A DNA stretch of 64,000 nucleotides from Camelus ferus (lineage: Eukaryota), in NCBI RefSeq assembly GCF_009834535.1, contig NC_045707.1:14818001-14882000 (forward strand), given 5' to 3'. A model generated the notes under the pieces. It saw nothing but the letters and a program-made list of their open reading frames with translations, was not told the DNA's origin and did no database searches. The position numbers were made by a program, and so were the translations under genes. Each line of letters opens with the position of its first letter. Within the stretch, counting starts at the first letter, position 1. Below are positions 12,226 to 30,900 of this stretch, one piece after another.

Positions 12226-13468
12226 TGATTAATTCTATCTGGAAGGATGAGAGAGTTCACATGGTAATCAATAATTGAGCTGGGCCTTAAAGATCAAAAA
12301 GGCCCTGGCTGTAAAAGCAAAATGTTAAAGGAAGAGCGAAAGCACAGTTTGTCCAGAAATACCTAGTGGACCCTGGGGCACTCTACGTATGTGGGCTACG
12401 TGTGACAGTTAAGGCTGGCAATTTGACTGGGATCAGATCACAGAGGGCTTTGAATGCCAGCTTTAAGAATGTGATCTTTATTCAGAACCCCATGTTTTCA
12501 AAATATACCCACTAGCAGTATGTAAATAACTTAGGTAACACACAAACTTTAGAAAAATTTTGTTATGTAATTTTTAATGTGTGTTTGGAAAAATAATAGC
12601 TATAATGCCAAAACTATGACTTCACAAATATTCTTACTTAGAAGAGGCTAAAGTTGGTAGTAAGAAAAGCCAGTAAAGTTAGAAAAATATTAAATAATTA
12701 TATGAGTGGAAAGGGACTATAAACATAGTCATGAAAATAGTACAAGGTTTGGAAAGCACTGCAGTAAGCAATGGGACCTTTGCTGTTTCCTTGGTGTGGT
12801 TGTTGTGGGGAGGGCAGTAACTGTGAAGAGAGCCATGCTTTGCAAGGATCACACTGGCCACCCTGTGGAGGAAGATGCACTGAGAGATACTGGGGATGGG
12901 AGTCAGGAAGCCCTATTAGGAAACCAGCACCCAGAAGGAGAAAGATGAAGACCTGGATATGGTAGTACAGAGAGGAGAGTGAGGACTCATACAAAGGGCA
13001 CTCCAGATAGAAGTTAAAAAGTTGATGGCCTGATTAAAAGGGACAAAATGAAGAATGCTGGCAATTCCATTTATAGATTTAGAGGACATGGGATATTGCT
13101 TAGTGGGCGCATGGGGAGAGTATTGATTAATGCATTTATTTTTGACATGTGGATTTGGGGGCACCTTCCAGACATTCACATGTCAATGGGCCAATTAAGG
13201 ACATGTGTCTCTGGGCACTCCACAGAAAAATAACCAAGATACACGTGCAGGCATCTTCCCTTCTTGCTCCATCTGTCTCCTCACTCTGACACCTACTCTT
13301 GACTTCCGCTAGCATGGAGTTTGACAAACACCAACCTATTTCAGGAAGATGGGAAATATTTAACTCCTCTCAGGGGACCTTGCTCAATCCAGGGACCACA
13401 ACCAGCAACTTCCAAAATAGTTGAATTATAACCTATTAGAGCTGGAGGACCTTGGTGATTATCTGGTC

Positions 13469-13655
13469 CAGTTATTCTGAAGCTTGAGGACACATCAGAG
13501 TCACCTGGAGGATTTGTGAATGCATAGATTGCTGGGCCCTACATTGGAGTTTTTGATTCAGTAGGTCCAGGTAGGACCCAGAATTTGCGTTTTGAACAAG
13601 TTTCCAGATGATACTGAGGTTGCTTGCCCGGGGACTACACTTTGAGAATCACAAC
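13469..13655. mobile_element. MER5A-like hAT-Charlie transposon, apparently nested in a MIR-like relic
   Basis: catcagagtcacctggaggatttgtgaatgcatagattgctgggcc...gattcagtaggtccaggtaggacccagaatttgcgttttgaacaagtttccagatgatactgaggttgc...cacactttgagaatcac. Confidence 0.75.
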
Positions 13656-14699
13656 TTCTCCAGATTACAGAATGGAAAACTGCAGACTAAAGAAGTAAAG
13701 TGCATCACAACAGCAAAACATAGTGGAAAGAACATGGACTTTGCAGCCAACCGGACCTGGTTTCAAATCCTGGCTGACTCACTATGCCATCTCAGGCAGT
13801 TTACTTAACTACTCTGAGCCTCAGTTTTTCTTCTACAAAATGGTTAGAACAACAAAGTAGCAGAAGTTTGTCATTCTTTCTGGCTGCTGGCAGAAAGATC
13901 AGTGGTGTCAGCCGGGCCTTCCAGCATCCAGTGTCAGGGTATTGGTCTGCAAACTGCACTGTCTAGTGTTTAGGGGCAGTTGCCACAGTGCCCCTGCTGG
14001 CTTAGTTCTGTGATTTGAGACATTTTTTCCTGGCTGTACAACCTTGGAACCCAGGCCCCCTGCCTTCCTGTGACCTGCTTAAATCCTCCTGAAATCAAAC
14101 AATTATTTTTGCACAACTGTTTTTGAGAAGTAAATGAGATAATATATGTGATATCCCTGCTGTGTCCATAATGAGGAAGAGTTGATTCTCTTTAAGTTGA
14201 AGCTACCATAATTATCATCATGATTAGTTTGAAAATGAATACATAGTTTGGCCAGAGATGTAGGCCCAGAGGCAGATGGTCTAGCTCCCTCCCTGGACCC
14301 CCCTGAGAAAGATGATGTGGGGAAGGGCACTCAGTCTAACCAGCTTGGGAACTGGACTTGATCAGGACACCTCCAAACACTCGTATGCTAGGGAAACCTG
14401 ACAGTAATTCATGAGCATTTGATCTGGGTTCCCACCATGCCGGTGTATCCGTTTCTTTCCCTTTTCACCACCAAGGATGCCTGTGTCCTCTATCTAGGGA
14501 ATTCCCTTTCCCAGCAAGGCATCAGTTTGTTGCCTGATGAGCAGAATATTAGGATAAAAGGAGAGGATTATCTCTGTGAACATATTTCAGCCAGGTCACA
14601 TGGAGGCCCAAAGAACCATCCCTGCCCCACCGGTGACCACATTTGGCATCTCCCTCTCCATAATAATTCTGGGCACGTCATGACAATTCTGACAGATGG

Positions 14700-15205
14700 A
14701 GTTGCCATTTGCCACTTTCCATTTTGAATTAATAGATTGATATTGGTTGATCAATTACTTTCTCTTTCATTTTACATACATGAGTATCAAGCAAATCAAG
14801 TTGAGAGAAATCTTTTTCTCCATCTACCTTATTGTTCACTTCCTCCTTTATCCAATCAAACACCAATCCCACAAATATAATAGTTCCTGAAGCTGTCCTT
14901 TCCATCTCCATTGCCACCTTTTTTGTCTCAACCGGCATCATCTCTCATTATCTCATTATCTTTTTTGCTTACTCTCCTCTCTGACCCACTAACTCCCTTC
15001 TAATCCATTCTCCACTTAGGAGCTCCCTCCCTCTTTTGATCTTTTTAAAATCCAGATTTGATCAGGCCACTCCTCTAAGCTAAAACCTAATTAATTTAAT
15101 CCATTAAAATGATTGCCTGTTACTCTAGAAAAATGTTCAAAATCCTTAGCATAATATAATGCCTATTTGCACTAGCAGGTGCTTTAATAAATATTTGTTG
15201 AAGGG
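14700..15205. mobile_element. L2 LINE relic
   Basis: cttccatctccattgccacc...atccattctccac...tcaggccactcctctaagctaaaacc...gctttaataaatatttgttgaag. Confidence 0.5.
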
Positions 15206-16479
15206 AGTGAGTGAGTGAGTCTTTGAACCTGGGAGGAACTGCCTTGTCCCTTTGTGTGTTAATTTGACTTGTTTAAATCTTAGAACACCTCCTCATTTCC
15301 AAACTCTTAGAAGCACCTCATTGTAGTAGCCTCTGGCATCTATTACAAAGTGATTTCCTCAAGGTCACACAGCTGGCGCATAAGCACCAGAGAATATACA
15401 GCCCTATTGTTCTTGACCAGAATCACAGTTAAGTGAGAAACAAGCACAGTTCAAAAGTGGAAACCACCAGTATGATGCTTCGTCCTCCTTCAACACTTCC
15501 ACCGAGTTTCCAAGCCTTGCTATAGAGTCTTTCAAAGATAAAGGAAATCTACCTTCTCACCCCACCAAAGAAACCCCTTCATCTTAAGACAACTGTAACA
15601 GTTATTGAAAATGAGACAGTTCAACATATAATCCACCCTAGCTGGTTAATCAAAGGATAGAGAGAAGGAGGGAAGGAGGCTGTGTGTGAGAGAGAGACCA
15701 CACCCTCCTTCCTGTGGCGGTGCTAAGGTGCTTTGGGCCAACTGCCTCCAAGAGAAGAGGAAGGTGGGTGACTTTAGCTCCAGCTTAGTTCAGGATTCAT
15801 GATATCTAGCCCCAGAGATTCTACGAGATACTATAGACTAGCCAGGGACTAGAACAAGGAGGGGATATGTGTGGAGGAAATGGGATTAATCTCAGCTCAA
15901 ATGTTGGGTGGAATCCCAGCTGCTGCAGCTGCTGAGGGCTTAACCAGCTGTTCCCTGGGCAGCTGCAATGTTCAGCCCAGAACCTGGCTCTCAGGATGGC
16001 AGTTCTGACACAGCTTAAGGCTCTCAGCTCCAAGCAAAGCCAAGGCTCTGTGGAAAGAATTGCTGGAAAGCAAAAGAGAATAGCAGAGAAAGATCCCTAG
16101 TTTCAAGAACTTTTGATCAAACACAAAGTGGTTTGAAATCAAATAACTGTGCTCTTAGGTTTTGTGGTCTCAAGGAGGGAAGTTGAGAGACGGTTTGGGT
16201 TTAGGTTTCAGATTGAAGCAAAGCCGGGGCTGGAGGTATCACCTTCAGTTCTGTTCCTGTCCTATCCTGTCCTGCTCCAGTTTCCCTACACTGCCCCCAC
16301 TACCATCTGTTCCCATAACTCACCTTGTGTGGGGACGGGGGCATTTCCTACTTGTGATCACAACTAGCAACATTCACGTGCTCAGATGAGGACCAACTTA
16401 CTTAGGGATAAACATGACCCCAAAAGCCCATCTAATTGCCAATTTCCTTTTTTAAATGCAAGTTTGATTTTTTCCTCCT

Positions 16480-16835
16480 CCCCTGTTTCAAATCCTGTGA
16501 TTGTTTTTCAACTTTCAGACAAACGTGAAAGTCTTTAAAGTTGATCCCATTTCCTTATACTACTGCACTCATCTATGCTCCTCAGATTCACCTTACTCTT
16601 GCTCTCCAGCTTCAGACCTTTGCACATGCTGTTCCTTCTGCTTGAACAATTCTTTCTCATCTTTCAGGTCTCAGCTTCCATGCCACTTCTCATCTCTTCC
16701 CCACACTCAACAATGTTCTCACCACTTATGCCTGTCTTACCGGATGACCTGAAAGAGCTATGCCTAACTTTATTGTCCTATCTCCACAGCACATGATATT
16801 TGGCACATAGTAGGCACTCAGTGAACCCTTTTTGA
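16480..16835. mobile_element. L2 LINE relic (3' end)
   Basis: ccagcttcagacctttgcacatgctgttccttctgcttgaac...tggcacatagtaggcactcagtgaac. Confidence 0.55.
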
Positions 16836-17178
16836 AGATACCTCCTCCTTATGAGAGATATTCATCATCAACCAAGTTAAATATAGAGACAATAACAGGG
16901 AGAGGAGCATTTGAATGTGCTAATTAACCACTAAGTCCCCTACAGGGAAGTATCCTGACCAGCCATAGGCTGCTTCCCAGAGACAGCTGCCTCAGTCTCC
17001 CAACCAGAGAAGAAAGCTTCCTTCAATACAGCAGGGACCACAAAAGCATAGGCAGGGGTAAACGTCCCAAGGCCCTAGGTCAGAAATGCTGATTTTCCAA
17101 GCAGAGTAGATTATTTTCACTCAGTAAAGACCCCATCTTAGCACTGGCCTCTTCTTATTTCAAACATTTCTGGAAGTT

Positions 17179-17575
17179 TGTATTAGTGTGCTAGAGCTGC
17201 CATAACAAAATACCATAGGCTGGGTGGCTTAGACATCAAACATTTATTTTCTCACAGTTTTGGAAGCTAGAAAATCCAAGTTCAAGGTTCCAACCAATTT
17301 GGTTTCTGTTGAGAGCTCTCCTCCTGGCCTGTGTCTGGCTGCCTTCTCATTGTGGCATTGCAAGGCCTCCCCTTGGTGCACGTGAAGAGAGAGAAAGCAA
17401 GCCCTCTGGTGTGTCTTCGTAAAAGGATACTAATCCTATCAGATCAGGGCTCCACCCTGATGACCTCATTTAACCTTAGTTATTTCCTTAGAGACCCAAC
17501 CTCCAAATACAGCCCACATGGGCATGAGCGCTTCAACATATGAATTTTGGGGAACACAAACACTCAGTCAGTAAT
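17179..17575. mobile_element. MLT1A-like solo LTR (ERVL-MaLR)
   Basis: tgtattagtgtgctagagctgccataacaaaataccataggctgggtggcttag...agggctccaccctgatgacctcatttaacc...ttcaacatatgaattttggggaacacaaac. Confidence 0.8.
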
Positions 17576-19916
17576 GAAGTTCAATCTCCCCTCTCCTCTA
17601 ATTCAAAGAGAGCTAAGAGTCTTCTCACATTTTCTGGGTTGGTGGACTAACTTGCCATGGATTACTGCCAGAAACTTACACCTACATCTGTATTTCCTTA
17701 ACTGGTGGCTAGGTAGCTTTAGTTAAGGAAGCCAGCCATCCAGGCAGGAGGAAGAAGAGCCAGTGAAAGTGAGAGGGAAGTAACTTTCAGAAGCTAGACT
17801 TACTAGCGGCTTAATGAAGGGAATGCGGAAGAGTCAAAACCAGCTTAAGGCCCCACAGGATGTGGCCCCATCCATCAAGTTAGTCTTATTTCTTGTTATT
17901 CCTGCTCCAGTTTCCTCATCTGTAATACAATCTCATAGGGTTATTATGACGACTAAATAAGAATGCATGTAAAATTGGTCAAACAAGTCCTGGCCTATAG
18001 TAAATTCTCAGGAACTATTAGCTACATATAGTTGCACTTCCCAATCTCCCACTCTAACCAGCCTGCACATCTTCATCCAGGATTCCAAGTCCTTGTTCAT
18101 GTTATTATTCCTGTCTGGAATGCCTTTTCTGGTCTCCTCCACCTACACATGCTACAACATCCTCTTTAGGCCCTACTTTCTCCACAGGCCTTCTGTGTAC
18201 AAATATGACATTTACTGCCCATTCAACTCATCCTGATTAAGGGAAAATGTTGCTTTGGTAGTCAATCTTCTTACACCTTTAAGAAGCTGTTTTCTTAATT
18301 GGTGTGTCTGTGTTTTTCAGTGCCTAATATGGTGCTACACTATAGATGTTCAGTAAATCCTGCTTGAAGAAAGGAATTGGAGAAAAATCTGAATTCTGGG
18401 CAAAATAAAAAGTCATCTGAACTTTGAAGCAGTGGTTTTCAACCCCAGTTTCCCCATATGCAGAGAGGTCTTGCCAGAATTATCACAAAATGCTCTGTAA
18501 ATTCTCAAAACAAGATTACTTTTAATTATACTTTAGTTCTAAAGCAAACCCATATCTGTCACACAGCACCTTCTGAAGAACGGAGTGTTATGAAATCAAA
18601 CAATTTTAGGGGCTACACAGTCCCCTCCCCCAGAGTCTGGGAACCATTGATAATGCTGCTTCTAGTGGAGTGGTGAGGAAAGAAGCAGACAGACAGCAGA
18701 AAGCAGCACAGGCAGTGAGAAATGGGTGCAGAGCATGGACAACATTCACTGGGCGTCTGTTCCACACTGGTCACATACACTGATACTGTCAAGAATCCTG
18801 TCAGGAGGTCTACCTGACTTCCAAACCATGCCCTTTCCCTAAGCCTCCCTGCTTATTTTGCTGATAAGAAGAGGTGTTGCATCTGGAGATGTTGTGTGGC
18901 CAAGTGAATATGCCTTCCTGGCCATCTTCATAGAGACAGTGCTCTTCGCTGCCTGAAGGAAGATAATGGATTTTTTTGGGTGGGGTGGGGGGAGCTGGGA
19001 GAGCCTCAAGGGGACAAGAATAATGAAGGATGGAAGTCAGGAGTGAGAGGTGAGCCTCAGACCTGGGAAGTAGTCTATAGGATGTAGCTTAAGGGGAACC
19101 AATTAGTTCTCCAATATCCAATGATGTCCCCAACTATATCCCTGCCCAACGTATTGAAGTACTAGGAATCAGCACCACTATGATTTTGTGGCTTAAAGTC
19201 TTATTTTCAGCTGGCCTTTAAAATATATGCATCACCTGGGAAGAGTAGTAAAAACAGGGAGGCCATCAACATAGAAATACTAATTAGCTTATCAGATTAG
19301 TCATCCCCTGTAGTGACATGCGGAGGGCATCAGAATCTGATAGAGTGAGACAAGGGCAGTTTTAGAGAAAAAAAAAAAAGTAGGAAAGGTCCAAAGCTTG
19401 GAGTGTGTTTCTAAAATCAGGAAAGGGGGCAGGTGGCGGAAACAGGCACCTGGTGTGGATTGAGGGAAGTGAGAGGTGTAAGGACACTTAAAGGTAAACT
19501 TAGCCTGCTTCCATATGTTGGCTTTAACAAGCACAACCTGGGACCCTAAGTATGTTTTCACCTCCAGACACTGAAATCAAGGGTCACAAAGGTGAGGGAG
19601 ATGAGTGGGCAACTTAGATGCACGTGGAAATCTGCACTACTACAGTCTACAACTACACCTCTAGCTTCCAGGAGCCACAGAACTAAACCACGTGCAGGGG
19701 ATGCAAAAGTGCCATGGTTTGGAAGGACTTTCCCAACGAGAGGCAGGTGGGCTCCTCGCCAGCCGGTGACACCCATGGCTCATCCCTGGCAGCTTAACAA
19801 GCCCCATGCACCATCTCTTGCCGCCTGGGAGAAGGCTCCTTTAAGCAGATCCAGTCCACCCATCTGTGTAGTATGTGGTTCTTTTCCCTTTGGCCTGGGA
19901 GGGAACCGATCCTGAA

Positions 19917-19935
19917 GGCCACTAGAGGGCGGTGT
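19917..19935 (+). promoter_or_regulatory. CTCF-like motif, forward orientation
   Basis: GGCCACTAGAGGGCGGTGT closely matches the CTCF core CCASYAGRKGGCRS; binding is not demonstrated. Confidence 0.6.
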
Positions 19936-21317
19936 ATAGCAGGGACACTGTGCAGGAAGAGTACAGCTGCTACAGGGAAGGGCGGGCTCCTGGTGGTACC
20001 AACAACCCCTACCATCTCCCAGGCTCTAGATATCCCTCTTCCAGTGTAGTCCAACTTCCTCTGAGCTGCCGTTCCTAACTCATGGGCACCTGCCTGCTTG
20101 GATTCCAGATGTCTGCTGCATTGGAACCCAAAAAATTTCCAGAAACACCCAGGCTGGGAAAGCAGAGCTGGTGATAATGGGAGAGGGGAGAGGGGTACAG
20201 TGGAGAAAGCCAGTAGAAATGACAAGGACAGGTGATCAGGAAAGGGGTTCAGGTTGTAATTCCTATATGCTCTTGCTTGGAGAGCCTGTCCCCCTACTCC
20301 ATACACTTGGGCTGAAGCTGTTCTTTGTGCTGAGCCCAGCAGGAAGGATAGGTTCCAGCCCTCCGTCCAGGTTCTTTCTCTTGATCAACAGTGTGTGAGA
20401 ACTATCAGTTATATATTAGCTAGAGATTCCCATGGGTCATTAGTTGGTCCAGTGACATCCCAGAAAAAAAACATCGGCCCCATGTAGACCCCCAATACCA
20501 GAGTAGGATGGGGGCTAGGGTGATTCTTGAGGGAGGGACCAGGACTGCAGGCTAACAATTGGGGGCCAGAATTCTTTATGTATCAGAACCCACAATGGCC
20601 TCAGCCGCCTTTGGAGCCCCTATGAATGGAGAAAGGACGTGTTTGTGTTTTCTCACCCTCCAACAGGTGGTAAGCAATCATGTGGGCAGAATGCTGGTCC
20701 TCTCTGGGTGGGAGAAAGAACTAGCAGCCTAGAATAGTTCAGACTCCTCTGGTCTCTGTTACTGATCCTGTGCTGATCGATTGGGATGCCTTTTCTGAGA
20801 GGAGAAAGCAGGGCCAGAGGACCTGCTGGGTAAGGAGGAAGAGTGGGAAGTAAGGTATGGTCCCCTTTCTCCCCCACATCTGGAGGTAAATCACCATCTA
20901 AATAGAGATATCCCCAACAAGCTCCTGGAAGCCTTCCCTTTATTAGCCTACCTGTAGGAAAAATGTCAGTTTGGCTCCAGTGTCAGTGTTAACGCCGTGC
21001 CCCAGCCGCTCATCTTGCCAGGCGGGGCAAGCAGATCATTATATTACAATTTATAAATAGAAAATAAAATAAAATAATCGGGTTGGGCTGAGGCACTGGG
21101 GAGGAAGAGGCGAAACAGTCCACGTCAAGGAATACTCATCAACAACCCCACCTATTTAGGACCCAACCTCTCAGTTAGAGGTTGCCCCTAAACCATCGCA
21201 TCTATTTTCCTCCCTAACCCACCTCCCAGTCAGCATCATCTGCTGCCCATATCCCCAGATCTCAGCCCGCACGCCCCCGTTTAGGCGGGCGCCTCGAGGT
21301 TTCTATGCCTGGAGCGC

Positions 21318-25870
<4,553 letters not shown>

Positions 25871-27461
25871 CGCAGGAACCTGCCTCGGAAATTTTAGCAG
25901 CTTTACAGTCCTCCGTTGCCTTGATAAGCATCCTTCTACCTCTAAGCCTATGCGTGGCACCAAACCACCTACCTCTAATATGTGAATTAGATCTTGGCAC
26001 TCCCAAAGCCTACCCTGGCGGGTCATATCCTTTGCTATCACTTAGGAGGTATGGGATCCAATTTCTGCCCAAGACCAGCCAAGCCCTTTAGGCATACAAC
26101 CTGAGCATCCCTTCTCTGTGGTCCTTCTCCCACCTCCCCCACCTCCATCTCTCCTTCTTAGCAGTAACCAAGACTGGAAGGGGTGGTACCAGGGGACCAT
26201 TTTCCCTGGTAGTTTTGCAGTCTTCTGTTGGGAGCTTCCTCAGAATCAGGAACAGAGTTTCATAGTTACAGTCAAACTTTTGTCTCCTCTCTTATCCTTG
26301 CCAAGCACCAAACTTGTCAACTGGAAGCTGCTGGAGGGCAGTGAGTACTGAAAGTTGTAGTTTCTAACAGGCTAATGTTTGCTTCCCTTTACCTTCTATC
26401 TAGGCACCTCTCTATCCTTCACCCTCTCTGGAAACCCTCTCCATGTCTAGCCACTCAGGTCTCATCTCAGAGGATTTGCGGACTGCAATACTTCACCCAC
26501 TAATCTACTATTGTTTAGAAATCTCTAAGAAGCCTTCCCTGTTGTCCTGACACTGGCCCTCTGTGTTTCCTTAAGAACCAATAATTAACTGCCATCCATT
26601 GTGCTATGGTATTAAAATTATGTCACTCTTACTATACAAAGCAATTTCTAAGCACAAATTTGTTCATCATGTACCCCCTTGGCTGAGTGCCTGGCCTCTA
26701 GTAGGGTGCTCAAAAGTATTTATGGCAATGACACTTTTTTTTTTTTGGTATTCCGTACTCATCCCTCACATAGCTCCATGGCTAGCACTCACTAGCTTTG
26801 TGTACATTAGAAAAAAGCAGCCCTTCCTCAAGATACCTGGCTGCCATTTGCAAGGAAATAGTTGTAGTAACTACATGTAGACTATGGGGTGAATGGTGCC
26901 CCGAGAAGTTGTGCAATGTACAATCTTCATAATCGTGAGTAGAAATTTTACCCCTCCTCCCAACACAGCAGAGAGGCATGCAGAGTATTCAAGGGACTGA
27001 TAGCCTCTGGAAGGATGGAGTTGGGTTCTTCTCTGATGTAGGAATCACAAACCCTTGTCAGGCAGACACTTATGTACTCTTCATCCCATAGGCAAGTCAG
27101 GGAAAGAGCTGCGGGTGGGGGCAGTATATAGAGGAAGGTTATCCTATTCCTACACACATGCCCACCTACTCCCAATAACCAAGGCACAGAAATAAGGCCT
27201 GGGCATAAGGAAGAGTCAGGTGACCAGCCAACTTTCAGCAAGTCCAAGGAGAGGAGGAGCTCCCCACTGCCTCACTGTATGGCCTAACAGCAGACCCAAG
27301 TCCTCAAGGGTCCCTCAGAATGTGGATGGAGGGGAAGGGAAAGGATAGTGGGCAAGAAACCTCTGTTTCTCTGGGTAGACTCAGGACTGGTGGGAGCAAA
27401 GTTGTTCAAACAGACACAGAGACAGGCCCTTTAGAAAACCAAAGCAAACCCTGGGATCAAC

Positions 27462-27467
27462 TTTATT
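27462..27467 (-). terminator. LMBR1L polyadenylation signal AATAAA
   Basis: tttatt on + strand about 500 nt past the LMBR1L stop. Confidence 0.65.
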
Positions 27468-27963
27468 GCTGATGGTTGTGGCCTCTTCCTCCCTATGCCG
27501 TCATCTCTCTGGTGGTCCATAGCCCCTCCAGGATAGCACAGTGCTTAGGCTCTGCTGGGCCAGAGGCAAGGGAGACAATCTGCCTCCCAAGTCTGCCCAG
27601 GCTCAGTCCCTCCCCTGTCCCCACCCTACCCTATTGCACATCAAATCATGTAAACATGGCTACGGGCATGGCCCGGAATAGCAGTGAGGCAGATAGATGT
27701 GTAAACGGATTTGGGACCAGGAGCCAGACCCAGTCACCCAGCCCCACTCCATGCTGAGGCCCATAGTTAAATATGGAAAAGCCGGTGGGGCCTGGTCCCA
27801 AACTCTGGCTCAGATTATGCAACAGTGCAGATGGCTCAACTCCCCTCTGCCACCCACCCTCTCAGATTACAGGTCTTGAGGTCCACCCACCCCTGGGCGC
27901 CCCTCCAGGCCTGGGCAGCAGATGGCAGTGTCCAGTTTTCTCCCTCTCATCCCCAGCTGGAGG

Positions 27964-30900
27964 TTACTGGTGCTGGTTCTTCCTAGATGCCCGGGGAAAA
28001 CCGGAGACAGGCAATGGCAGTCTGTCCAGCCCTAGGGAAGAGATGAGGTGGGCAGTCAAAAGCAGGATGTAGGTTCAGTCCTCAGGTATAAGACAACCAA
28101 CCCACAGACTGGGTAGATGAGGAATGTTACAAACAAAGCAGAGAGCATGCCATCTCCCCTCCTTGGGATGACCACTGTTCCAGAGGGTTCCACCTCAAAC
28201 CACCCCACCAGCCCTGCCCCAACTCCCTCTCACCAAAGGCCCGGATCAGTTCTGCACGCACAGCTGCGGTGAAGGTCTTCACCAGACAGAGAGTGGTGAG
28301 GCCCGCAAAGGCTGCATTGTAGAGGAACACGATGTAGAAGCTGCCCAGCCAGTTGAAGCGTCCAAAGTCACCCAGTAGGTCAAAGCGAGTGAGACCTGAA
28401 GTACAAAGGCCAGCATCGGAGGTGGGCTCCCCAACCCCTCCCTGGAAAAGAGCCCAGCTTTCTGCTGCCGCCTGGTGGCCACATTCCAACACTGCAACTG
28501 ATGGGTTGGCTTCTCTTAGGTAATAATCCTACTTCCTGTCTCAGGGACAGTTCAGGGCTGTTGAAGAAAGTGTCAGCAGCTAGGCTTGCTCCAACTTCCC
28601 TTCCAGGGTTTAGCATCTTCTCCTCCAATGGGGGTCCGCTCTGGCTCCAGGTGTCCCAAGGAGCTCCCAGGGCCTGCTACTTGTTCCTGGGCCAGGAACC
28701 TACAAGCTTGTCACCAAGTGTTTTTTTTAGCAGACAGAGCAGTGAGGAGGCTAAGGGCTCTGACTCTGATTAGGCTGCTTTGGTTCATATCTGAACTCCA
28801 CCCCACCTAACCGTGTGACCTGGGGCAAATTCCTGAAACACCTATGCCTCAGTTTCTTCATCTATAAAGCAGGGGAAATAACGTGACTGTGAGAATTAAA
28901 GGAGACAACACACATACACGTGCCAGGCATTATTCTAACATTTATTGAGCCCCTAATAATAATAATATAATTATCATAAATTAGAATTCTGGGGCCCTCC
29001 CTTAAAAAAATACTTAAAAAAATACTCCTACCAACAGCCAACCTAAAGGAACTAACTGGTAGATCCACAGGCCAAGTTTCCTACTAAATCCCCATGGCAC
29101 AAGTACAAACGGTATAGTGGAGAGAACATAAATTTAAGAACCAAACAGAACTGATTTAAATACTAACTCATGCACAGTATATAGATGATGGGGTGCGGGA
29201 GGTAACAAGTTACCTCTGCAACTCCCCTACTACCATGGGGTGAACTATTTTTTTATACTTTTGAATATTTTTTACCAGGTAATTCTAGATCATAGTTCTA
29301 AAGGTGGAAGAAGGACTGAGTGTATTAGCTGATGCCCCAGTGTGTGTAAAAAGCTCTAAACTGGGGTTCAGGAGACAAAGGTTCTAGCCTGAGTTGGCTT
29401 TGTCTCAAACTACCTGTATAACTCTGGGTAAATCAATTAGCTTCTCTGTTTCTCCTCTTATTTATTTATTTAAATTAATTAATTTAATTTAATTCCTACA
29501 AAAAGTGCAAAGGTTTTTTTTTATTGTGTAACATAGGCAAAAGTATTTGTCAATAAATTTTTTAAGAATTTCATGTTCTGATTCCTTCCACTGACCATCA
29601 ACCTTAGCTCCTCCAATGTTTCAATTGTAATCTTCAGGATAGCCCTTTCAATAAGATTTTTTGCTCAGTCAATAGTCGTCATGTCAGTCAGTCCATAATT
29701 CTTTTAGTTGGGCGTCTTTAATCTCCAGTGGAACATGGACACACTTCAAAAACTCCTCACTTGTGATCTTGGTGATCCAACTTCCCCAAGCAATTTACTT
29801 TAGGAATATTACATATTTGGGGTCAAAGAAGATGGATCTGCCTTGGTTCTGATTTTTAGATACTCTCTGTCATGAGACATTTCCAACAATGTATGTCTAC
29901 AGGAAAAGATCCATTGGGTTTTTAATTTACTTTTGATTTTTTTGTGTGGGGAGGTAATTAGGCTTATTTATTTACTTATTTTCTTAATGGTGGTACTGGG
30001 GATTGAACCCAGGACCTCGTGCATGCTAGGCATGCATTCTACCACTGAACTATACCCTCCCCTCTCTGTTTCTCTTTTTTAAAATGAGAATGTTTATTAG
30101 ATGATCCACCCCAAAGGAAGATTTGGAGTAGAAGTAAATGAGGGAAGGTGTGTTATGGAGCAAATGGAAAAAGCATGAGCTTTGAAGCAACACTACTCTG
30201 AAGCTCAGCAAAACATTTTATAGAGCCTCAGTTTCTCCATCTGTATAATGGCGATAATACCTTCTTACAGGTTTGTTGTGGGAATTAGAGAGAGCATGAA
30301 TAGAAAGTGCCTGCTTAGTACCAGCAGGTACTAAAAAAAAAGCTAATTCCCTTGCCTCCTTTTGCTACTTACCCAGGGTTCGAGAGAAGACAGGAAGTGC
30401 TGAGCTTAGAACCAGGAGACAGACACAGTTCCCAATTATCTGGATGGGAGTAAGGAAAGAGGAGGTGAAGGTAGCCAAACTGCCAGCACCTGGTGCCCAA
30501 GCATGCCCCCAGGAAGCTTCCTTGACTCCTGCGCAGCTACCTGTGTCATGGCTGTGTCATGCCATCTGGGCCGCAGTCCCCGGAAGAGTGGAGAGCTGTA
30601 GAATCCCACGACTGAGGATACCATCAGGTAACTGCCAGTGGGTTAGGGAAGAACTGGCCTGCTCTCAAGGATTAATGTCTCATCTCAAAGGGAATGGATC
30701 TCTCTCCCTCAGCCCTCCTTTCAAATCAAGTCTTTTCCTTCTTTCTGAACCCCAGGTCGGCAAAGTCTTGCCCTCTTCCCCATCGCTCACACTGTAGCTC
30801 TGCCCAGCATCCCAGAGGAGACAGGTTTGAGAATTGCATCCCAAAAGAGGCAATGGTGGGTTTCCAAAAGGATACAAGATGAGTACAACCTGAATGATGG

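Noticed and set aside
29515-29910. Protein-coding reading of the SINE cargo (e.g. ...KGYPEDYN*NIGGAKVDGQWK...)
   Set aside because: All three minus frames contain multiple stops, about as many as expected by chance, and I recognise no family; reported only as unidentified cargo.
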